This document shows, piece after piece, positions 8,096 to 17,142 of a stretch of 64,000 nt of DNA. The notes below the pieces were generated by a model, which was not told where the DNA came from, ran no database searches, and saw only the letters and a program-made list of their open reading frames with translations. A program made the translations under genes and the position numbers. The first letter of the stretch is position 1. The number at the start of each line of letters is the position of its first letter. Source of the DNA: Rubrivivax sp. (GTDB taxonomy: Bacteria > Pseudomonadota > Gammaproteobacteria > Burkholderiales > Burkholderiaceae_C); contig JASGHA010000004.1 of the NCBI GenBank assembly GCA_049841175.1, forward strand, positions 38,077 to 102,076. Direction: 5' to 3'.

Positions 8096-10698
8096 GCGTC
8101 GGGCAGGCCGGCGGCCTTCAGCAGCAGGAACAGCGAGGTGCCGATCATCAGGTTCTTGAAGCCGACGTAGCTGGCCATGTCCATCCAGCTCGCCTGGCGG
8201 AAGTTCATCCGCCACCACGGGCCTTCCTTGACGTAACGCCGGCCCTGCAGGCGGATCAGCACTTCGTAGAGGCTCCAGCCGAACCACCAGCCGATGACCG
8301 CGGCCTGCGACAGCCGGCCGCCGGCGGCCAGGCCCCAGGCGACGGTGACGGCGAGCGCCAGCGCCAGCCCGGCGGCCGACAGCGTACGATGCTCGCGCCA
8401 GCCGTCGCGGGTCCAGGGCCAGAGGTGGTCGCGCAGCTCGTGCGCCCACCAGGCGAGGCCGCGGGCGCTGGCCGGGTAGGGCGGGCGCGCCGGGGCGCTG
8501 GCCATGCGCGGGTCGGGGCCGTCGTTCGTGCGCGGCGCCGCGGCTTCGGGCTGGATGGGGATGAAGTAGCCGTCGCGGCCGATCGGCGTGATCAGCAGGC
8601 CGTCGCGTTCGCGGCGCTTGCGTTCCTGCGACAGCGGCGGGCAGGCCTTGGTGTCGGTGTAGAGCACCATGCAGTCCAGGCAGTGCAGGCACTCGCGGTG
8701 GTCGATGCGGCCCGCGGCGTCGATGGCCTGCGCGCCGCAGTCGGTGGCGCAGGCCTTGCAGCGGTTGCAGTCGATCTTGCGGCGCAGCCCGAACCAGCGG
8801 AAGGTGCTGGGCATCGCCAGCGCCGCGCCCAGCGGGCAGATGTACTTGCAGTACGGGCGCTCGATGAAGATCGACAGCCCCAGCAGCGTGGCGACGAACA
8901 GCCCGTAAGGCCAGGGCCGGTTCCAGATGCCGACGAGGAAGGTGGTCTTGAACGGTTCGACCTCGGCCAGCTGCTCGGCGGTCGTCATCGACACCATCGA
9001 CACCGCCAGCAGGCCGAAGAAGACGGCGTACTTGCCCCACTTCAGCCGGTCGTGCCAGGCGCGCGGCAGCTGGCGCTGGAAACGCGCCAGGCCGATCTTG
9101 CCGGCGACCTTGTAGATCGCTTCGGACAGCGAACCGAACGGGCACAGCCAGCCGCAGAACAGGCCGCGGCCGAACAGGAACACCGTGACGGCGATGAAGA
9201 TCCAGAACAGGAAGATGAACGGGTCGGACAGGAACAGCGACCAGGTCCACTGGAACAGCACCGAGTGGAACCAGGTCAGCACCTGCGTCACAGAAGGCTG
9301 GGCCATCAGCCCGAAGCCGACGAAGACGATGGACAGCGCCCAGGCCGTGTACTTGAAGGCGTTGACGGGCCACTTGTTCCTGCGCGTCGAGCGTTCGGTC
9401 AGCCGGTCGCGTTGGGACCAGACGACGCCGACGGCCAGCAGCAGCGCGGCGAACAGCGCGATCTTCAGGCGCTGCGTCGACCACACGCGTTTCCACGGCG
9501 CGTCGTCTTCGTCGGCTTCGGGCCGGCCTCCTTGCAGCAGCTCGCCGGGCAGCCAGTAGCCCGACTCGAAGCGCGCGAAGCTGCGGTGGCCGGTGGCGCG
9601 GTCGACGCGGCTGCCCAGGAAGGCCAGCTTCCACGGGTAGGCGGCCGAGAAGGCGCTGGAACGCACGATGAAGATCGCCGACTCGGTGACCGCCGGCGCG
9701 CCGGCGGCCTCGAGGCCGTAGAGGTTCATCGCGTCGAGGTCGCGGAAGGTGAAGGCGTCGTGGCCCTGCTTGATCTGCACGCGGTCGAAGATGCCGCCGC
9801 GCACGAAGCCCGAGCCCTTGAACGACTCCTTGCCGGCGCTGCGCACGATGAAGATCGCGTTCTCGCCGTCGGCCAGCTGCGAGCGCAGGCGCGTGTAGCC
9901 GGCGTCGCCGAGCACGCTGGCGCCGACGCCGGGGTGGTTGAGGTCGCCGAACCAGAGTTCGATGAACGGCGCGCCGCCGTCCGCTTCCTGCCCGACCTGC
10001 TGCGGCGTCACGCGCAGGCGCTTGACGAGGCCGGTCTCCACGAGCTGCGGCCAGGTCCAGCGGCGCTCGGCGCCGGCCCATTGCGCGGGTTCGCGGTGCA
10101 CCGGCGCGATCAGCCCGACCTGGCGGCCGACGGCCGCGCCGGCCAAGCCCATCACCTGGTTCTGCGCGATGACGGTGACGGTGGCGCCGGAGATCGCGTC
10201 GACGCCGAGGATGTTCTCGTCGGGCCGCGAAGGCCCGACCTCGATCTTGTCGGCGATGCCCTTGCCGACGTACTGCTCGTTGAACTTGAGCAGCGCCGAC
10301 TCGGGGATGCCCAGCAGCAGGATCGGCTCGGAGTGCTTGAGCACCTTGACGCCGACGTAGCGGCCGTCCTTGGCGATGCCGATCAGCGTGACCACCGGCT
10401 TGCCCGAATACGCCGGCGTGTCGGTGACGTCGGTCGACAGCACGACCCAGCCCAGCAGCGTGTCGCCGGCACCGTAGGCCTCGACGTAGGGCGGGCTGCC
10501 GCGGCGCGTGGAGAAACGCGTCGCGCCGGGGAACACGTCGGCGCAGGGCACGCGCGAACACAGCTCGGGCGCGGTCGCCAGGTCGGCGGGCAGTTCGGCC
10601 TCGTAGGCACCGCCGGCGGCGCGTGCGGGCAGTGCGGCGGCGAACGCCAGCCACAGCGCGAGGAGGAACAGGGGCAAGGGCAACAGGGACTTCCTCAT
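8092..10698 (-). CDS. nosR: NosR membrane flavo-iron-sulfur protein
   Basis: FMN-binding DAISGATVT, FCGWLCPFG, YCKYICPLG and ferredoxin motifs CNRCKAC and CLHCLDC. Confidence 0.93.
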   Translation of the reverse strand: MRKSLLPLPLFLLALWLAFAAALPARAAGGAYEAELPADLATAPELCSRVPCADVFPGATRFSTRRGSPPYVEAYGAGDTLLGWVVLSTDVTDTPAYSGKPVVTLIGIAKDGRYVGVKVLKHSEPILLLGIPESALLKFNEQYVGKGIADKIEVGPSRPDENILGVDAISGATVTVIAQNQVMGLAGAAVGRQVGLIAPVHREPAQWAGAERRWTWPQLVETGLVKRLRVTPQQVGQEADGGAPFIELWFGDLNHPGVGASVLGDAGYTRLRSQLADGENAIFIVRSAGKESFKGSGFVRGGIFDRVQIKQGHDAFTFRDLDAMNLYGLEAAGAPAVTESAIFIVRSSAFSAAYPWKLAFLGSRVDRATGHRSFARFESGYWLPGELLQGGRPEADEDDAPWKRVWSTQRLKIALFAALLLAVGVVWSQRDRLTERSTRRNKWPVNAFKYTAWALSIVFVGFGLMAQPSVTQVLTWFHSVLFQWTWSLFLSDPFIFLFWIFIAVTVFLFGRGLFCGWLCPFGSLSEAIYKVAGKIGLARFQRQLPRAWHDRLKWGKYAVFFGLLAVSMVSMTTAEQLAEVEPFKTTFLVGIWNRPWPYGLFVATLLGLSIFIERPYCKYICPLGAALAMPSTFRWFGLRRKIDCNRCKACATDCGAQAIDAAGRIDHRECLHCLDCMVLYTDTKACPPLSQERKRRERDGLLITPIGRDGYFIPIQPEAAAPRTNDGPDPRMASAPARPPYPASARGLAWWAHELRDHLWPWTRDGWREHRTLSAAGLALALAVTVAWGLAAGGRLSQAAVIGWWFGWSLYEVLIRLQGRRYVKEGPWWRMNFRQASWMDMASYVGFKNLMIGTSLFLLLKAAGLPDA

Positions 10699-10712
10699 CT
10701 CGGCACGAATGG

Positions 10713-10743
10713 AAAAAACCCCGCCCGCGGGTGCAGGCGGGGT
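10713..10743 (-). terminator. Intrinsic terminator-like hairpin between nosZ and nosR
   Basis: Minus strand reads ACCCCGCC-loop-GGCGGGGT followed by a T-tract, about 15 nt before the nosR ATG. Confidence 0.6.
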
Positions 10744-10795
10744 GACAAGACTCTCCTGAGGACGTTTTCCGGAGAGAGGGACGGGCGACGAGGCG

Positions 10796-12718
10796 TCAGG
10801 CCTCGACGATCATGCGGGTGCGCATCTCCAGGTGCAGCGCATGGCAGAAGTGCGTGCAGTAGCACCAGTAGATGCCCGGCTTGCCGGCCGTGAACGTCAC
10901 CGACTTCGTCTCCTGCGGGTTGACGATGAAGTTGACGTTGTGGTTCGGAATCGCGAAGCCGTGCGTCAGGTCCTCGACCTTGTCCAGGTTGGTGAGGATC
11001 AGCGTCACCTCGTCGCCGGACTTCACCTTGAACTCGCGCAGGCTGAACGCCGGCGCCTGCGAGGTGAGCTTGACGGTGACCTTCCTGCCGTTGCGCGTGA
11101 CGCCGGACTCCTTCGGGTCCTTCACCGCGATCGGCGATTCGTCCAGCGTGTAGACCTGCTTGGGCTTGACGATGTCGCGCTTGAAGATGATGAAGTCGTG
11201 CGGCTCGCCGCGCACCGGGTGGTCGGCCAGCAGCACCATCTTGTCGCCCGAGATGTCGATGAACTGCTCGTTCTCCGGGTGCAGCGGGCCCACCGGCAGG
11301 AAGCGGTCCTTGCTGAACTTGCAGCCCACCGCGAGGTACTTGCCGTCGGCGGCCGCGGTCTCGCTGTGCGTCGCGCTCAGGTGGCCCGGCTGGTAGTGCA
11401 CGTCCAGGCGGTCGACGACGTACTTGGCGCTCTTGTCGCCCTGGTGGAACTTGATCGCGGCGGCGACGTTCCACTTGACAATCTGGCTGTCCAGGAACAG
11501 CGTCGTGTAGGCGTTGCCGCGGCCGTCGAAGGCGGTGTGCAGCGGGCCCAGGCCCAGCTCGACTTCGGCGACGATGACGTCGTCGAGCTTCTCGAGCTTG
11601 CCGTCGAACCAGTCCAGCACCTTGGCCAGTTCGATGACCGTGCCGGTGGGCGAGAGCTTGCCCGAGCAGATGAAGTACTTGCCGTCGGGCGAGGCGTTGA
11701 CGCCGTGCGGGTTCTTCGGCACCGAGACGTAGCCGGAGAGCGCGGTCTTCGGGTCCTGGTTGGCTTCACGCGTGGCGTCGACCACCGGCACCTTGCTGTC
11801 GCCGATGGTCTTGAACTTGCCGGCCTTGACCGCGGCCTCGATGCGCGCGACGTGGAAGAACACGCAGGCGTCGCGCTCGGCGGCCATCATGTCCTCGTAG
11901 TGCACGCCGCCTTCGGTGTTGTACTGGTTGGTCGCCGCGAGCTTGCCGTTGTACGAGGTGGCGACGAGGTCGCAGTTGCCGTCGATCAGCGCCTGCCAGC
12001 GCACTTCCATCGTCTCGGCGTCGACGCAGCTGAAGATCGAGCGGTACTTGCTGCCGTCCTCGATCGCCGCGTTGGGCAGCGGGATGCCGAACTCGCCGCC
12101 GCAGAACACGCGCGTCGTGTAGTTGATCGCCGGATCGACCGGGTCGCGCTTGTCCGGGAAGATGCCGTGGAAGCCCTGGACGTTGGGCAGCTGCGTGATC
12201 TTGTCGCAGACGAAGTAGTCCAGGCGGATGCGCGCGACGCGGGCGTTGATCTTGTTGTTGATCCACGCGTAGCGGCCGTCGTAGTTGCCGTCCTTGTACG
12301 AGGCGTGCGTGTGGTGGGTGTCGGCCACCGTGTAGCGCAGCGAGCCGTCGGGCTTGCGGCCCATGACGTCCTTGGACTCGTTGGTGACCCCCCAGCCGAC
12401 CAGCGCGTCGGGGCAGAACACCGGGATGCGGTGGATCTCGCGGCCCGAGGGCAGGCCCAGCACGCGCATGTCGCCGGTGTGGCCGCCGCTCCACAGACCG
12501 TAGTAGGCGTCGAGTTCGCCCGGGGCGAGGTGCGTCGCGTTGGCGGCACCGGAATGGCTGCCGGCAGCAGCCGAGGCCGGCGCGGCCGCTCCGGCGGCAC
12601 CGCTCTTGTCGGTGCAGGCGCCGACGGCCACCGCCAGGCCCGACAGGGCCGCGGTGTTCAGGAAGCGGCGCCGCGCCGGCACGTCGGCCGCGGCTTCGGG
12701 GGTCTTGTCGTGTTGCAT
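10796..12718 (-). CDS. nosZ: Nitrous-oxide reductase, clade I (Tat-exported)
   Basis: Twin-arginine RRRFL; CuZ histidines (DTHHTH, FHG, PKNPHG, GPLHT, EPHD); CuA motif CTHFCHALHLEM. Start placed at ATG 12718. Confidence 0.97.
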   Translation of the reverse strand: MQHDKTPEAAADVPARRRFLNTAALSGLAVAVGACTDKSGAAGAAAPASAAAGSHSGAANATHLAPGELDAYYGLWSGGHTGDMRVLGLPSGREIHRIPVFCPDALVGWGVTNESKDVMGRKPDGSLRYTVADTHHTHASYKDGNYDGRYAWINNKINARVARIRLDYFVCDKITQLPNVQGFHGIFPDKRDPVDPAINYTTRVFCGGEFGIPLPNAAIEDGSKYRSIFSCVDAETMEVRWQALIDGNCDLVATSYNGKLAATNQYNTEGGVHYEDMMAAERDACVFFHVARIEAAVKAGKFKTIGDSKVPVVDATREANQDPKTALSGYVSVPKNPHGVNASPDGKYFICSGKLSPTGTVIELAKVLDWFDGKLEKLDDVIVAEVELGLGPLHTAFDGRGNAYTTLFLDSQIVKWNVAAAIKFHQGDKSAKYVVDRLDVHYQPGHLSATHSETAAADGKYLAVGCKFSKDRFLPVGPLHPENEQFIDISGDKMVLLADHPVRGEPHDFIIFKRDIVKPKQVYTLDESPIAVKDPKESGVTRNGRKVTVKLTSQAPAFSLREFKVKSGDEVTLILTNLDKVEDLTHGFAIPNHNVNFIVNPQETKSVTFTAGKPGIYWCYCTHFCHALHLEMRTRMIVEA

Positions 12719-12814
12719 GTGACTCGGAAGGTCAGGGTGGGGCGGCTCCCGACGACCGACGGTCATCACCTTGGAGCGCGAAGCGGATGCTGCGGATTTG
12801 GTGAATTCATCGCC

Positions 12815-12828
12815 TTAAACGAGTTCAA
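12815..12828 (-). promoter_or_regulatory. Possible FNR/DNR-type box in the nosZ/cytochrome c divergent promoter
   Basis: Minus strand reads TTGAA-CTCG-TTTAA against the consensus TTGAT-N4-ATCAA (imperfect match). Confidence 0.35.
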
Positions 12829-12919
12829 GGATTTCCGGAGGGCCCCGGGCTATGGTTCGCGCCCACACCGCCTCGACGGCGGCCCCGCTGCCCGCAGCGC
12901 CCTCCCGACACCGACCTCC

Positions 12920-13360
12920 ATGACTCTCGCCCGCACCCTGATCGCCACCGTCGTCCTCGCCGCGCTCGCCGCCTGCGGCCGCCAGGAACCGCCGGCCGCG
13001 CCGGCCGCCGCCCCCGAGGCCTCGACGCCCGCGCCGGCCACCGCCACCTCCTCCACCGCCCCGGCGACGCCGGCCGCGACCGAAGTCGCCGCCGCGCCGG
13101 CGGCCAACGACACCGGCAAGTCGACCTACGGCAAGGTCTGCGTGATGTGCCACGGCGCCGGCATCGGCGGCGCGCCGAAGTTCGGCGACAAGGCCGCCTG
13201 GGGCCCGCGCATCGCGCAAGGCCAGGACACGCTGTACAAGCACGCGCTCGAAGGCTTCACCGGCAGCCAGGGGATGATGCCGGCCAAGGGCGGCGGCGCG
13301 ACGCTGAGCGACGACGACGTCAAGGCCGCCGTCGACTACATGGCGGCAGCCGCGAAGTGA
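12920..13360 (+). CDS. Cytochrome c5-like lipoprotein (NosC-type electron donor)
   Basis: Lipobox LAAC, Ala/Pro/Thr-rich linker, CVMCH heme motif, GAPKFGDKAAW...MPAKGG. Confidence 0.88.
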   Translation: MTLARTLIATVVLAALAACGRQEPPAAPAAAPEASTPAPATATSSTAPATPAATEVAAAPAANDTGKSTYGKVCVMCHGAGIGGAPKFGDKAAWGPRIAQGQDTLYKHALEGFTGSQGMMPAKGGGATLSDDDVKAAVDYMAAAAK

Positions 13361-13365
13361 GTGCC

Positions 13366-14394
13366 ATGCCGTCGCTGACGCCGAACGCCGTCACCCGGCG
13401 CCGGCTGCTGCTCGGCGGCGGCCTGGTCATGGCCACGCCGCTGGCGGCGCAGGCGATGCCGGCCGCCGCGGCCGGGCACGAATCGCGGGTGCTGATGGGC
13501 ACGCGCATCGACCTCACCGTCGTCGACGCCGACCCGGCGCGCCGCACCGCGGCGCTGGCCGCGGCCTGGCAGCGCATGGCGGCCGACGCGGCGCGCTGGA
13601 GCCGCTTCGACGGCGACAGCGAGCTGGCGCGGCTGGCGGCCGCGGCGGGCACGCAGGCCGTGGGCGTCGGCCGCGACACCGCCGAGCTGCTGCGCGGCGC
13701 GCGCCGCTGCGCCGAGGCCACCGGCGGCTGTTTCGACCCCACCGTCGGCGCCTACGAAGACTGGCATTTCGGCGACGGTGCCGAGGCCCGTGTGCCCGCC
13801 GCCGCGCGGCTGGCGGCCCAGCGCCGGCACGTCGGCTTCGAGCATCTGGAGATCGAGCGCGACGCGCCGCGTGCGCGCCTGGCGCGCGCCGGGATGCGGC
13901 TGGACCTGGGTGGCTTCGCCAAGCTGCCGGTGCTGGCCGGCGGGCTGCAGGCGCTGCAGCAGGCCGGCGTGCGCCGTGCGATGGTCAACGGCGGCGGCGA
14001 CGTGCTGTGCCTGGGGCAGGGCGATGACCCGGCCTGGCGCATCGGCGTGCGCGACCCGGCCCAGCCTTCGCGGCTGCGCGGCGTCGTCGCGCTGCGTTCG
14101 GGCGTCGTCGCGTCCTCGGGCGACTACGAGCGTTTCTTCATCGACGCCCAGGGCCGGCGCCAGCACCACATCCTGGACCCGCGCAGCGGCTGGCCGACAC
14201 GCGGCCTGCACGGCGTGACGCTGGTGGCCGAGCAGGTCGAGGCCGTCAACGGCCTGGGCGCGGCGATCATGGTCGGCGGCGTGCGCCGGGCGCAGAGCTG
14301 GCTGGCCGGCCGCGCCGGGGTCGATGCGCTGGCCGTCGGCGACGACGGCGCCTGGTTCGCCGGGCGCATGGCCGAGCGCCTCGCTGCGCTCTGA
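13366..14394 (+). CDS. nosX: NosX/ApbE FAD:protein FMN transferase
   Basis: Tat-like TRRRLLL; VLMGT, FDPTVG, DLGGFAK, NGGGD, SSGDYER, HHILDPRSG. Confidence 0.9.
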   Translation: MPSLTPNAVTRRRLLLGGGLVMATPLAAQAMPAAAAGHESRVLMGTRIDLTVVDADPARRTAALAAAWQRMAADAARWSRFDGDSELARLAAAAGTQAVGVGRDTAELLRGARRCAEATGGCFDPTVGAYEDWHFGDGAEARVPAAARLAAQRRHVGFEHLEIERDAPRARLARAGMRLDLGGFAKLPVLAGGLQALQQAGVRRAMVNGGGDVLCLGQGDDPAWRIGVRDPAQPSRLRGVVALRSGVVASSGDYERFFIDAQGRRQHHILDPRSGWPTRGLHGVTLVAEQVEAVNGLGAAIMVGGVRRAQSWLAGRAGVDALAVGDDGAWFAGRMAERLAAL

Positions 14395-14417
14395 GTGCGC
14401 CCTAGAATCGCTTGACC

Positions 14418-14798
14418 TTGAGCAAGCGCGGCCGCCACCCATTCGCCCTCTGGATCGCCGCGCTGGTGATCCTGATGGCGTCGCTCGCGCCGTCGGTGTC
14501 GCAGGCGCTGGGTTTTGCGCGCAGCGCCGCGGCGGTGGAGATCTGCACCGCGCACGGCGCGGTCTGGGTCGACGCCGACACCGGCGACGAGACCGGCGGC
14601 GCGGTGAGCGTCGGCCACCTGTTCGAGCACTGCCCCTTCTGTTCGCTGCATGCCCCGGCGATGGGCCTGCCGCCGGCGCCGCTGGCCTTGCCCGGCGCGC
14701 CGGCGGGCGCCGAGCCGCTGCCACGTGCCTTCCTCGCGGCCGCCCGCACGCCGCACGCCTGGGTCACGGCCCAACCCCGCGCACCGCCGCGGGCCTGA
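14418..14798 (+). CDS. DUF2946 family CruR-like regulatory uORF, second copy
   Basis: Closely paralogous to 1018-1392; HCPFCSLH, ending QPRAPPRA. TTG at 14418 was chosen because TAGAAT lies at 14403-14408. Confidence 0.85.
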   Translation: MSKRGRHPFALWIAALVILMASLAPSVSQALGFARSAAAVEICTAHGAVWVDADTGDETGGAVSVGHLFEHCPFCSLHAPAMGLPPAPLALPGAPAGAEPLPRAFLAAARTPHAWVTAQPRAPPRA

Positions 14799-14885
14799 AC
14801 GAAAACCGCTGACGCGCCGCTGCGGCCGTCACGCCTTCCGCCCTGGGCCTCCCGGCCCGCCCGTCCTGGCCGTCGGTCGGCCGGG
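14799..14885 (+). promoter_or_regulatory. Conserved post-uORF leader element, second copy
   Basis: Near-identical to 1393-1480. Confidence 0.5.
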
Positions 14886-14935
14886 GCTCGTCGCCGTGCC
14901 CGCCGAGGGCTGCGGCGCCACCGGATTTCGTTCCC

Positions 14936-17140
14936 ATGTTCTGCTCCCGTACCCCCATCGCGGCCGCCGTGCTGCTGCTCGCCGCCACCGCGTCCGCCCA
15001 GGACGCCGCCGACACCTCGACCAGCCCCGACCAGATCGTCATCACCGGCACGCGTGACCGCTTGCACCTCGCCGAACCCGGCAGCACCGGCAGCCGCCTC
15101 GGCCTGACGGCGCGCGAGACACCGGCCACCGTGCAGACGCTGACCCAGGAGGAGATCCAGGCCAAGGGCCTGCGCACCGCACGCGAGGCCTTCGCCGAGA
15201 TCCCCGGCGTCATCGCCGGCAACGTGCCCGGCAACCCGGCCGCAGTGATGATGCGCGGCTTCTCCGGCAACACCGTCTCCATCCTGCAGGACGGCGTGCG
15301 TGTCTCGACCTCGACCATCGTGCAGCGCGACACCAACACCTGGCACTTCGAGCGCATCGAGGTGCTGAAGGGCCCGGCCTCGGTGCTCTACGGCGAAGGC
15401 GCGCTCGGCGGCGTCATCAACAAGGTGACGCGCAAGCCGACGCTCGACGGCAACCACGTCGACACGCTGGCGAGCGTCGGCAGCTTCGGCACGACGACGG
15501 TGGCCGTCGGCGCCAACGTCAAGCTGTCGGACAGCGTGGCGTTGCGCGTCGATGCCAGCCAGCTCGACTCGGACAGCCTCTACGACGTCGAGGACAACCG
15601 CACACGCTCGCGCGGCGCCACGGCCAGCATGCTGTTCGAGCCCGGCGAGCGGCTGTCGGTGCTGCTCGCCGTCGACCACTTCAAGGACCGCTACGACAGC
15701 ACCTACGAGGGCCTGCCGCTGGTGCAGGCCGCGGTCGCGCGCGACCGCAGCGGCATCGTGCAGAGCGCCAACGGCCTGGTCATCGACCGCTCGCTGCGCC
15801 GGCGCAACTACAACCCCGACGGCGCGTACTCCGGCGCCGAGGACACGACGCTGCGCTCGCACATCGACTGGAAGTTCGCCGCGGGCTGGACCTCCAGCAC
15901 CGACCTGACGGCCTACACCGCGCACCGCGCCTTCGTGTACAGCTATGTGCAGAGCTTCGTCGCCGCCAGCGACGCCTTCCCCGATGGCAGCCTCGCGCGA
16001 TCGGCGCAGCGCTTCTATCACGACCACGACTTCTGGAACGTGCGCAGCGCGTTGGCGCACGACGGCCTCGTCGCCGGGCGGCGCAACCGCTTCACCGTCG
16101 GCGCCGAAGTCAACGACACCGACTTCTCCAGCCTGCGCCAGATCGCGCCGACCAGCGTGCTGGCCGCCGTCGACCCCTGGGCACCGCAAGTCGGCAGCTT
16201 CCCGAGCGCCGACAGCGTCTACACCGCCACCAACCTGAACTACGACTCGAAGCTGAAGACGCGTTCGCTGTTCGCCGAGGACGCCTTCAACCTGACACCG
16301 GCCTGGCTGCTGGTGGCCGGCCTGCGCCACGACGACATCGACCTGCAGCGTGTCGTCACCGACTACAACGCCACGCCCGACACCGTGCAGCGCTCGCGCC
16401 CGCACTACAGCCCGCTGTCCTGGCGCGTCGGCACGACCGTCGATCTGTCGAAGGCGACGACGTTGTACGCGCAAGTCACCTCGGCGGCGGTGCCGGTGTC
16501 GACGATGCTGCTGCAGTCGATCAAGAACACCAGCTTCAAGCTCAGCCAGGGGCGTTCGGCCGAAGTCGGCTTCAAGTCCACGGCCTTCGACGGCCGGCTG
16601 ACACTGACCGGCGCGCTCTACCAGATCGTGCTGCACGACATCCTGACGCGCGACCCGGCCGACCCGTCGTTGACGGTGCAGGGCGGCACGCAGTCGTCCA
16701 AGGGGCTGGAGCTGGTGGCCGCGGCGGCGCTGACGCCGGCGCTGTCGGCCGGGGCCGGTGCCGGATACGTCGACGCGCAGTACGACAAGCTGATCGAAGC
16801 CGGCGGCGCGGTGCGCAGCGGCAACCGCTCGATCAACACGCCGGCGACGACCGCCAACGCCTGGCTGGCCTACGCGCTGCCCGGCCTGCCGCTGAGGCTG
16901 AGCGGTGCGCTGCACCACGCCTCGGGCTTCTACACCGACACCGCCAACTCGATCCACGTCGACGGCCACACGACGCTGGACGCCGCCGTGGCCTGGCGCA
17001 TCGCGCCCGAGACCACGCTGACGCTGCGCGGCCGCAACCTGACCGACGCCTTCTACGGCGAGTACTCGGGCTATCTGACGACCAACGTCTACATCGGCGC
17101 GCCGCGCAGCGTCGAGCTGTCGCTGACGTCGAAGTTCTGA
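14936..17140 (+). CDS. TonB-dependent receptor (siderophore/metallophore type, BfrG-like context)
   Basis: Signal peptide, QIVITG, plug ERIEVLKGPASVLYG, C-terminal GRNLTD...GAPRSVELSLTSKF. Confidence 0.92.
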   Translation: MFCSRTPIAAAVLLLAATASAQDAADTSTSPDQIVITGTRDRLHLAEPGSTGSRLGLTARETPATVQTLTQEEIQAKGLRTAREAFAEIPGVIAGNVPGNPAAVMMRGFSGNTVSILQDGVRVSTSTIVQRDTNTWHFERIEVLKGPASVLYGEGALGGVINKVTRKPTLDGNHVDTLASVGSFGTTTVAVGANVKLSDSVALRVDASQLDSDSLYDVEDNRTRSRGATASMLFEPGERLSVLLAVDHFKDRYDSTYEGLPLVQAAVARDRSGIVQSANGLVIDRSLRRRNYNPDGAYSGAEDTTLRSHIDWKFAAGWTSSTDLTAYTAHRAFVYSYVQSFVAASDAFPDGSLARSAQRFYHDHDFWNVRSALAHDGLVAGRRNRFTVGAEVNDTDFSSLRQIAPTSVLAAVDPWAPQVGSFPSADSVYTATNLNYDSKLKTRSLFAEDAFNLTPAWLLVAGLRHDDIDLQRVVTDYNATPDTVQRSRPHYSPLSWRVGTTVDLSKATTLYAQVTSAAVPVSTMLLQSIKNTSFKLSQGRSAEVGFKSTAFDGRLTLTGALYQIVLHDILTRDPADPSLTVQGGTQSSKGLELVAAAALTPALSAGAGAGYVDAQYDKLIEAGGAVRSGNRSINTPATTANAWLAYALPGLPLRLSGALHHASGFYTDTANSIHVDGHTTLDAAVAWRIAPETTLTLRGRNLTDAFYGEYSGYLTTNVYIGAPRSVELSLTSKF

Positions 17141-17142
17141 GC

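Noticed and set aside
6845-13360. Very long ORF-track entries (6845-10654 minus, 8389-10893 plus, 10832-13360 plus and similar)
   Set aside because: Shadow ORFs typical of high-GC DNA; only their terminal parts (nosD, cytochrome c5) are real genes.
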